A stretch of DNA of 64,000 bases, from positions 10,106,001 to 10,170,000 of the forward strand of contig CM120642.1 in the NCBI GenBank assembly GCA_051362555.1, in the 5' to 3' direction. Within the stretch, counting starts at the first letter, position 1; each line of letters starts with the position of its first letter. This DNA is from Lingula anatina (taxonomy: Eukaryota; Animalia; Brachiopoda). This document shows, piece after piece, positions 1 to 11,500 of the stretch. The notes below the pieces were generated by a model. The model was not told the origin of the DNA. It saw only the letters and a program-made list of their open reading frames with translations, and made no database searches. A program made the translations under genes and the position numbers.

Positions 1-2575
1 ATTATGCATTAAATCATTAGCAGTGGGAGAGGATGATCTATCCCATTTTGAAAGGTTATGACCGCACTCTGGCAGTGTGTTTATATATCATTTCTGTTTG
101 AAAAAATATATTCAAGTAATTGAAGTAAGAAGCCTCTTTGCTAATGTCATTATGGATTAAGTGAGAAAAAAATTGTTTATAATTGTTTATAATTAAGCTG
201 ATATTGAGTTGTGCACTGATAATAATGACAAGACTACTAAATGATAGGTATAATTGTATTTATTTAGTAATATATACAACTGTTGATGGCATTTGGTACC
301 ACATATATACATGTATATTTACCTGACATATGTTACCTGACCATAGGACAGTGTTAGGACAGTCTAGCTGTTCAATACCTTGCTTAATCGTGCAGCAGAG
401 CTGTAGCATGTTTAGGTGGCAAATGAAGCTGGAAAGCTACACTACTCCGGAGAATGTTTGCAAAAAAAGGCAATGGAACAGCATGACTTAAGCGCAGGCT
501 ATAAAGTTTGAAATGTGGATGACATGTTGAACAATCCAGTCTGTGCCCAGTCTTTGTTACCAGTTTTTTTACTGTATTCACACTGAGCTTCAGGTTTCCT
601 TGTGGGGTAATGTAGTCAACTTTTGCATTGCTTCTAGTGTTGTGTGTATTTATGGTGGGCTTTTCATAGGCTCTTACAAAAAAGATTGATACAAGATTGG
701 TGTCTGTTTACAGTAATACCATCAAATTTCCTTTCATATATATGCTATAATTTGGATCATATGTACTATGACATACATATAATATTAGAACCCCATTTAA
801 ACTTATCTGCTTGGTCTGACATAAGCTTAGAAAAGCTGTGTAATGGAACCAGCTTATTGATAATGGCCACCTAAACCTTTACTAAGCCACAATGGGAAGA
901 TAAGTTCCTTGCTGCGTAACAGTTGTTCCACCCTAAATGTGGGCAGTGGAGCTCCGTATGCAAGATGCTGTAATCTATAATGCCTGATTACTGTTGTAGT
1001 TTTTCTCTTGGAAAATGTGGAATATGCCTCAGCAGGTTTCATTCATGTGTCTGTTTGGCTTAGAAATAGTATATTTTACGTACTGTCAGGAAAATATTGG
1101 ATGGAGGAATCTGTGTAGCAATTTACATCCAGGACTTCTTTTATGTTGAGAGATGAAATATAAGTTTGGAAGGCAAGGTAGGAATTGGTACATTTTTATA
1201 CCAGAAATGAGATCTTTTTTGTATAAAAAATTGCTTCTGTTAATTGATCTACTTGAGTTAGAGTTCATTCTATTTCCTCTGGATATTGGAAATTGGAAGT
1301 TAATTTCCAGAGGTTTTCATGAACATTAGAGAATTTGACAGAGAAGAGATTAGAAAAGATGGGAAATGGATACACTTGGTTATAGCTGTATATCAAAGAA
1401 AACTGTCACATTTCATGTTGTGTTTTATTTTGCGATCTTTGAAATCTTGCTCGAGACGAAGAATGCTGACTGGTCTCACTATAGTATAAAAATTTACTAA
1501 ACCCCATTAGCTGGAAAAATTTAAACAGCATCAGTCCTTTTCTCAAAATGGGTATAAATTGAACAGTAGAAAAATTGAATTATGTTTTGTATCATCAAAT
1601 TCTTTATTTGCTATCGCGGACCTCAGATGCATAGGGCTTTAAAAAGAACGGCAGCTGATATGATCCTATGTCACTTCCCTACTGCTTCAAAAGATACAGG
1701 TAACATCAACATCACACCTTAGAACTAACAATTATGAGGTTCACGTTGGTGCTAGTGATAAACACATGTAAACAAATCAGGGAGAAAAAAAACATGAAGG
1801 GAAATGGCAACCTTTTCATTGAGGAGCCAGTCATCAGAGAAGTAAATGGTGTGAATCAAGTGTAACAGAAAACTTTTTGTAGGTGATTCCTGGTGTTGAA
1901 AATACACAAACTTGCCAGATTAGGAACATTTCAGGCCAAAGGAGCATATATATATTAAAATGGTTACTTTATAGTAGCATGCCACGTTGACTGATAGACT
2001 GAGTGCAGTGGAGAAATTAAACTCTCCTAGTAATCAGTCTAACTAGTGATAAACACAAGTATACAAACTGACAGAGAAGCTAGGAGAGAAAGGCATCTTC
2101 AGTGGATACATTAAGAATTGCAAAGGTTACCTTAAGTTTGATAGCATTAATGAAGTGGAACATACTGTTCAAGTAATCACTAGTAATAAACATACGTACT
2201 CCATTTGGCAGTCCTGATGAACAGCAGGGAAGACAGGAAATGGAATTTAGAATGAAAGTGAGTCTGTTTATAAGGTCCTGAGTTTTGGAGATCAGGAAAA
2301 AGGTACTTCTGCCATGTGGATAATACAGGTTAGTTTACGGTAAGCTGAAACTCAGGGTGTCATGAATTGATCATTGCTTGCTTTTCAGCAAGGGAACAAG
2401 TTTACTATGTTACTGCAGTCAGGAAATGTGCTTTAATACTGACTTTCTTGGGTTCTAAATACATCAAATGAAAAGTTGAATGATCCTTCAGCGACATCTC
2501 TCTCTAAATCTGACACAAGTTGAATTAAAATTGTCTTCCCCTCTCTCTATAGATACATATCTGCACATGATGTTG

Positions 2576-2627
<52 letters not shown>
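2576..2627. repeat. (AAT)n microsatellite
   Basis: Direct reading. Confidence 0.95.
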
Positions 2628-2629
<2 letters not shown>

Positions 2630-5309
2630 TTTATTTATTTATTTACAACCAAAATCTAAGAAATGTGCAGTAGACTTAACTGCATAAAAGATGTATCTTA
2701 AGATGATATATTCATCGCCGATTCAAGTTAACTTGGTTTGAAACAGATGTGAATTAGGCATGTGTCAGGGGATCCAGAAGTTCAAGTGTAAACCCAGCAA
2801 GAGAGAGAATGATAGTGTTAGGAAACTGATAAGCATGATTTAACCAACATGTGACGCGGTTCAGGTAAGGAAGCTGGCGTCTTTGAAGATGACTTTTGAA
2901 AGCACTGACTAGAATACCATTTATTTTGGGAAGTGATTGAACAGAGGAAACAGCATAGAAAAAAAACCTTTGCCATTTCCCATTGGAAAGATGCCATGAG
3001 GTTTTATTTAACTAGGGATGTAATTGTTTATCTGTGAAAGCAGTGAACCATTTGGTTGGTTATATGCCTGAAGAACTTCTCACCTAACCTTTGGCTTAGT
3101 CAAAAATTATTTTTGTTGATTGTAATCAGTGCCTTATTTTTTCTACATAGTTAACTTCAAGATTCTGGTCTTGGTCATCATGCTGTATTAAACCTAGATA
3201 TGTATCTTTCTGTGCATAAACAGAGAAGTGGTAATTTAGATTTTACTAAAAACCAGGCTCTTTGGCAGTTATTTTAATTTATTCATATGGTACAATCAAT
3301 ACATACAATCATTTTGAAAGTCCAAAACTGAAATCTTTGCCAAGATGTTAAAGTCCATTTGCTTTTTAGTAAACATGCATCTAAAATCAGCTTGTGTTCG
3401 AAACTTTGTTATTTATGCCCCTTAATTTATATTGCATTTAAAATAAAACAATCCAACATTGAATACAACTGCCATAGTTTATTCGATAATCTGACTTGTC
3501 AATATTCTTATCATAATATTATCCTCCAGATAGCAAGTCTTACTTTGAGAAGTTACAGTTAGGTGTCTTACCAATTATATCTTCATTTAATCTATAAGCT
3601 TGTGAATGTACAGTTTATCCACTTCAAGGGGCGTGTTTGTGAGGCAGTTGACAATAAGTATTGGTGAGTGTTGTAAGTTGTAGTCTCTTGAACCCTCTTC
3701 ATAACATATGTCAAGTCAGTGTTTAGACAATATTCTCCAAGACAGGATAATTTGTTTAAAGAGTATTAAAGGGAGTATGGTGATGGAGGAAGAAAAGTAA
3801 GGTTTTTTTTTTTTATTATGTTCTAAATCTAAATTTGAGAAGTTTAAAGGGATGACATGCGTCCTTGCTTTTGGCACAACTTAAAGATCTTTTAAGGGTC
3901 CAAGTTAAACCTGATGTGAACACACTCACTTGGAAAATTAGCTAATTTCACCACCTCAGGTTGGTTGTTAATTGATAATGCTTTGATTCAGATTTCCTTA
4001 CGTAATGCTATTTCTGGAGTATGTTTATTATGTAATGATTATATCCTCAGGTAAAGGTGTCTGTATGTTTTAGTTAAAAACTTCAGTAAGTTTTAGTATA
4101 GCAATCAGCTGAATGTCGTTCTTTGATGAGAAATTCAATACCAGTTATTAAGATATTGACCAAATATGCATTATTACAAGTACCAAAACAATTGTTGGGT
4201 TTCTTACATATTTTTTCACTGCTGCCCTTAGTTATACATATATATCAGGTCAAAGAACACCACATGTGTTAAGTGTCACATCACTATATCTACTGTTGCA
4301 AGCTAATTACAGAGATTATTTATGACCATGATAATAGCATCAGTATGATTCCAAATACCTTCATGATGCAGTTAATATTTACTCAGAGGACTGTGTGTTG
4401 TTGCATGGACAGGAACATGGGGGAGTTTTGTGCAACAATTTTCAGCCCAGGGCCATGTTTTGTTAAATGTCTGCAGATTTTTGGCGTAGACTGCTCAATT
4501 TTGGACGATGACCCTTTGGTGAACATTTGTCTCACAATTAATTTGGTATACCTACATTGGCTACTGTCATTGCCAAGAAAATTACGATATGCCTTTTTGG
4601 TGCATATTTAAGTTTGGAAATTAGGGTTTATCAGGCTTTCAATAATGCAGTTTTATCAGTTTTATGTGGTTAGATTGGCTTATATGCAGTGAACACATGC
4701 AGAGTTGGGCAATGCTAAGTTAGGTCGTCCTAATTTAACTGGAATCACAACTCGGTCTGTCCAGCCAAGTCACTACTTAGTCTTATTAGCATGTCTCAGG
4801 TGAACAATTTTTTACGAAGAAGCATAATTCACATTTTGTTGGAGGCAATATGAAAGTTGTTTCATATCATGTAACATTATTTATGGATGTGTATTTTTTT
4901 AAAACTACAGCTTTGATAAATGAATGCATGTTTTGTAACTGTGGTGAATTGCAGTGGTAGGCAATGTTAATGATGCTTTTGTAAAGTTTCTTGAAGCATT
5001 TGGAAAGACTGCGTTGATTGTAGAATATTCTTTGGAAAGGTTTCCTGAAACTGTACATAGACCAGCAACATGCAACCGGCTCCAATATATTAACATACCA
5101 TCATGACTTTGTAAGGTTTCAATGATTCTAAAACAGAAAAACAGATTTTTTCCATGAAGTACAAATCAGACAACTGCTAAGTTGATCAGTGAAAAAGAGC
5201 CTGGCTAGAAAACAGATACAACCAGCATACATAATATTGGCAATAACATTTTCATTAAAAATCAGAAGCAGTTTTTTCAAAAATAAAACCAATCCTTTTC
5301 TCCATACAG

Positions 5310-5561
5310 GCTATCAACCAGATACAGACTCTGATGCAGGCCTGTTGTCTCCAGTTGGTTGGTCAGAGAGCAGGAGCCTAGCGTCAGGACACCATCTTCT
5401 CCCTGCTGGTGGCGGGGTTGGCGGCCATATCAGCGATGCCATGAGCTCCAGTCAGATGACCCAGGCAGACGGCCTGATGAGCCTCAGTCAAATCTCACAG
5501 CCGGATGTGATGATGATGAGTTCCTTGGATGGCTTGGAAAGAGGAGATGGCTCTTTGAGAG
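5310..5561 (+). CDS. MTUS-like exon (GYQPDTDSDAG...GDGSLR), phase 1-1
   Basis: ttttctccatacag acceptor, G|gtgaga donor, GC-richer open frame. Confidence 0.75.
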
Positions 5562-8500
5562 GTGAGAGATTTGAAAAGATGTGAATTTATGTTATAAGGC
5601 AGTTTAGATGAATTTCAAGCGAAAATAATGCAAGAATGGTCTTGTGATCCAGAGACAAACCTTTGAGTCTGATTTTTCGTGTGAGCTCCCCCTCCCCCCC
5701 CCAAAAAAAAAAAAATAAATAAAATAAAATACAAAGGGTTATGTATATGAAAGAAAGAGTTTGTGTCAAATATTGATGCTAGCTCTCCAAAGATCTACTA
5801 CAATTTAAGTGCCAAGAGATCATTTGCAATGAAAATTAAAAAGACCAGACAAATATAAACACATATTCAGTTAAACTTTATTATGTGAGTATGTATTGCT
5901 TTACATCTTTTTAATTTTTATAAGATTGAATGTGCTCATCCATCTCCCTACAATTTTTATTTAAAAAAAAAAAAAATTACTCCCTTTTGTTTCTGAGATT
6001 CAGTGTTTGGCAGTCATTATTGTCTATAAGAACTTGCTGCCTGGGAACTTTTCATCAGATGTTCTGAACGCACACAGTTGAGCTAGTGGTATTTATCGAC
6101 TGTATTCTAGGCTAGGGATGGTCTGCTTGGAAAACTTTCCTGGGGCCCATTAGCTCAACCTCAGAGAATGAACCCGTTTCTGGGAAAATCGATATTATTC
6201 ATTTACTGTAGGAAGAATGGAGATGCCATTTTCAAATAAAGCAGAAATTACTGAATGTGCTTACAGGGGTGCCTGTGTTGAAATAAGCTATGGTTTCCTA
6301 TTTATGTGTAATGCATGAATATAGGTTATAAACTAGTTTGTATTTAGAATTGAAATATTTATTTGTGGTTGCTGGCACAGTGTTTGGGTTGTGAAAATAG
6401 GATGATAATCATCATTTATCTGGTGTAGTTGTCAAATGCAAACAATATATTGAAAATACATTCCGTTATAAACTTATTGATTGCATATGGTAGTATGTTA
6501 TGAAACTGCATTGCTCTTTTAGTAGATTCTGCTCCATCATTGGATTATGCTTTATATTATGTAAATAAATTTGCGTTATTATTTGAAAATTTTGAACACA
6601 AGTTTATAAATGGAAACATTTCTGGACTTGATTGTTAGATTCCTTTTCAAATTGTGTTACACTTTGTATTTTAAGAATTCTCTACAAAATAAATTAAGAC
6701 AGAGCAGAGACCAACCCTCCAAAACAATATTGCTGTTGGAATATTTGCCGTTGTTTCAATTGATTTTTTTGATGAATCAGGATGAGAGTGTCACATTGGT
6801 CCCAGGTGGCTGGGATAAACTGAAGGTTAATTCCATTCACTGGGTCATGGGCGCTTGGGGAAAAAATGCTGTTATTTAATCAGTATCCAGAGAATGGGTT
6901 TAAATGTCTCTATGGGCACTTGCTAAGATTTGGGCAGTTTTGAGTTTCTAGATAAACTATATGACTTTTTGAACTTTAATTGTATCGATGCCCGTATATT
7001 GCTGAAGAAAATGAAAAAAATGGCAGTAAATTAATATATAAGTGTTTTAACAATTTTAAATTTTTTAAGAAGGAAATAGAGATATTGTTATTAATTTAAT
7101 TTATTTATTTATGAATTTTATAAATTTAACCAAAAATTGAAGTGTGCTCACTCTTGAACTTTACCAATGTACTGTGTCAGGTAAAAGTGATGTGCATTAT
7201 AATATCAGCCTCCTAAGACGGGCTGAGGCATCCTTGATTCTATGAAGAGGGGTGAATTAGTACATGTAAGAGGAGGTTAATGAAAAGATGAATTGTGAGA
7301 TAACAAAATCCATAAATAAAGATTGATGTCTGCCCAGTTACAGTGAAAACACCAGCAAGCAAGTTTAGACATTCAGTCTTGAAGTGGCCTTGCAACTACT
7401 TGGTTTGCTAAACTATAGTCCTGATCAAATTTTATTGAGCGCTTTAGCCAAAATGGATCAATTGGCCAATCCAGACACCACAAAAAGCTACAGGTCCTAA
7501 AATACTAATACATACACGTAGGTCATTGCAAGTACAAATATTTCAAACCTCATAGACTTTGCTTGAAAACAAAAAGTGGATCTTTGCTTTACTTTATTGC
7601 AAACAACTGGCTCTCTAAGATCCATTTGAAAGTTAGTGTAAACTGGACCAATCCATTTTAATCAGCTTTCCTGCCTGAATGTGCTTGTGATAATGCTATT
7701 GATCAGGCTGGTTCTATCATTGATCAGTGAGCTGGACATGTTATCCATCACTAAATGGCCATTATGGGCTTGGAAAGGGTCCAATAGAAGCACGAGGAGT
7801 GTCATCCTTAAGAAGTCTGTTCACATGGGCTTAAAAGAATGTGCAAAGTAGTGTTTCATTTTGTTCACTGCAAATTGTAGTTGGCCTCTTTGTAGGGTAA
7901 TTCTTAGAACACTTTTTTCTATATGTGTCTTGTTAAAGATTTCTATATTGCTTTTTCCTCTTTTATTATTATAATTATTATTAGGATTCCCCATAGGGGA
8001 ATACTATTGTTTTTGGTAGTATTATAGTTTTTATTATTATTATTCTTTCCGCGCGTTTTTTTTCGCAAAAAATCTGAAATAGTTATCATAGGTAGCCTAT
8101 GGTCAGAATATGCCACAGAACCAGTTTCAGTGACCTTGACCTACTTTTTAAGGTCACAGGGGCTTTTAAAGGCAAAATTTGTAAAATTTGAAATTGCCAT
8201 TAGGCCTAAAGTATACGCCATATGGCTAAGAGCCTTATGGCCAGTAATAATGAGGTAAATCCACATATAATGACCTACTTTTATGCAAGTAGGTCAAGGT
8301 CGCTAATGGGCAAACGAGCTCAAAAAAGGTTTGTTTCCGAGATCTCAGAAACCGGATATCCCAGTGCCCAGATCATAGTGGCAAATGGTGCCCCATATAT
8401 TTATCTAAGGTTAGCCGTACTTTGGTAGCGACTGCTTCATTACTTTTTTTAATATAGATTTTTAAATATTTATGACATTGCAGAAATCTTGAGTTTGGCA

Positions 8501-11500
8501 GTTTCTCCATGAAACACTGGTTTTTGGTCATAGCATGCTATAGTAAACTACCCCAAACATATACTCAACACCCCCAAATCAAATGTCAAATTTGACCTTG
8601 ACCCTCATTTTCAAGGTCATTCGGCTATTTTATGGAGAAATATTGAAGTGGGCTAAAAGCGACGTTTTTTTAACCCCCCCCCCCCCCCAATTTGCACATG
8701 CTCTTTCAGAATATGGGGTCAAATTTAACCGAAGACCTTCACATGACCTTGTAAGAGCATTTCCACACCTTTTTTGCAGGGGAATCCTCCGCCACTGGCT
8801 TAAGCCAGTTGCAGTCTAGTTATTATTATTATTATTATTATTATTATAATTATTATTATTATTATTATTATATATGTTATTAAAATCATCAGAGTGATAT
8901 AATCATACAATTTAGGAATCATCCAATCTTTTTTCTGTTTGGCCACACACATTAGGAATACTACTGGGGTATAATTAAATAAATGGTAGAGAGGTCTTGC
9001 TATGTGAGTTTAGGGTAATACTGAGTATGTGTCATGGGGTCAGAACTTACTAAATTCCTACTTTATGCCAGTTGTATTTTTGCAATGTATGGTTAGCGAA
9101 AATGGTATTTGTTCATAAAAGAAAAACTTACGTGTTCAAGGAATAGTTTCCATTTCTCTTAATTATCGGACTTAAACAGCTTCATTCCAGTTGACACATT
9201 TTATCACTTTAATGTATTATATTATTAAGACACAAAATTGTTTTCAATTTCTTTAGATTCAACATTTACTGCAGCTACATCATCAAATGTGCATGGAGAC
9301 CATGACCTTGAACTTGCTCAGAGTGACATTGATGAACTGAAGGTCACAGGGTAAGTAATAAATGTTTAAGGTTTAAGTATGATATTGAAATTGTTTAACC
9401 ATTTTGAAAAAAGGTTTGAATAAAGGTATACAGTCATGTATTCATTAATAGCATTTGGTTTTGCTTTATAAAATTTGACAGTAGAGATTATGATTTTTGT
9501 ACCCCCTTTTCATTATTTCAGGGCAAGCAGTGAGTTGGAGATGAAGAAAGAGACCAGTGACACTGAGAGCCAGCATGACCTTGCCCTTGAGCAAGAGGAA
9601 CTAGCACAGATGTTATCCACTGAAGAAGCTATCACAGAAGATGAAATTGTGTCTGTTCCAAATGTAAGCTTATCCTCCCTCTTCCCTCTTCCATCTTGCC
9701 TCCTTGTTTACTAATATTCAACTTCAACATACATGCAAATGCACATGCAGAAACAGATATCATCAGTTACAAATTCTGGCAGCATTACTTAATGCACCAC
9801 CAAAATGATATATCCCAGATTTCTTGTTTTTAACTTATTAGCAACATGTTTTATAGATCAAGTGAGAGTGAAAATGAAAACAGTTAATCTCTATAATATA
9901 TATTTTGTTTAGAATGAGACTGAACAGGAACCATTGCAAATAGAACAGGGGTTAGCACTAAATCTAGATATGTTGGAGGACAATGAGAGCACAGAAGCAC
10001 ATCCTGCCTCTTTGGATGTCACATTACAGGAGACTGAAGAAGATGGAGAAACCACACAGGATGAAGGTAACTCTGTCATCATTTTCTGTCACAACTAGCA
10101 CAATGTGTTATTGTAACATTGAAGCACAATTGTATGGTCACATCTAACACAATGTTTTAGTAAAATGGAAACATTATTCAAAAGCCACAAATAGCAAAAC
10201 TGACCATTCATTAATTTAATAAACTATTGCATTGTCTTGACTAGCACAATGTATATTTTCTTTAACAATTTGGTTATTATCACAAGTGCAATTTTTATAT
10301 TATTATATGAAAAAACAGTTGCACTGTACTCCCAACACACCACAGGTTACTACATCTCAGTGTTTCTCACATAATAAATATAGTAATATTTTTTGTCTCC
10401 ATCATCATAACAGTAAAGTATTCTGTGTCATATTACTAACATGGGGGGAAGGGGGTAATCACAAGATAGTAATGAACCTCAAAACATATCTTGTGAGTAG
10501 GGAAGACCTGTATGAAAAATGCGTAAATTAATTTATGGTTTGAACTTTATCTTTTAGGTGTTGCCACTGCTCCAGAAACCGACACAGAGCATGCTGCCCT
10601 GGACATGAGGGAACGAGAGAAAGGACCAGATCAAGTGGAGGACACTGACACAGAACAGAGGGAGGGAACCCAGGAGAAAGAACAGCTTTCCAAGAAAAAG
10701 ACAAGCGTCACTAAGAAGCCCTCACCAGGAAAGCTTGATGGGAAAAGAAAGGAAGAGCTTGCAAAACCAAAAAGGACAAGTTCACCTCGCAACAAAAAAA
10801 CACCAGAAAAAAGTGAGCTGAAAAAACCAAACACTAAAGTCGGTTCTCGTCTGGCAGATTATATTCATAAACCAGTTGCAGAAAAATCAAACGACAAATC
10901 TAAAGATGCTGTGGATTCCAAGTTGAAAAAGAATGCATCCAACAAGCAAAAAATAGAGGGTAGAGAAATAGCAAAAACACAATCCGAAGACAAGAAAAGT
11001 TTCAGAAGGAGTCCCACACCTAAAAAAGAGGAACCAAAGAAGATAATCAAAAAAGCACCAGTTAAAAATAAGTGGGATAATATTATGTCTCAACTAGAGG
11101 CCAGTAAGGAACAAGACAAGCACAAACCGAAGTCTGAAGTGAAAAGTAAACTTGCACCTATGATTGAAGCAAGTCCAGTCACTACACACTCCCCTGCTGC
11201 AAAAAACTCTCCAAGAGCAAGAAGTGGAAGTAATGAAAAGAGGGCATCTACACCTAAAGCTGATTATACTAAAGTGAAGAGTAGGATTGACACCCACAGT
11301 TCAGTACCTATACAAAAGAGGAAAGTTTCTCCAAGATTATCTGCAGGTTTAACCAAGGAGCGCAGGGAGTCCACGGGGTCTCAGATGAGTTCCACTCGCA
11401 GCAGTAGATCTGATCTCAATGCTTCTGTAATCGAGTCCAAGCAAGGTAAGGTTGCTTTTTTTGTGCTCTTGTATAGTCTTTTTTTAAATGTCTATTTGAA

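Noticed and set aside
1450-3700. Possible ancient L2/CR1 LINE fragments on the minus strand (FKSHL-like piece, AATAAA plus (TAT)n tail)
   Set aside because: Too degenerate to translate a convincing RT motif; needs a RepeatMasker or tBLASTn search.
1-5309. Upstream exons or start codon of the MTUS-like gene
   Set aside because: Several isolated donor-like sites (e.g. 2865, 3664, 4031) but no convincing phase-1 coding exon; the 5' end is probably outside the window.
10631-11297. Minus-strand hydrophobic ORFs opposite the large exon (and similar ones at 35126, 41445, 44502)
   Set aside because: Antisense shadows of real coding exons.
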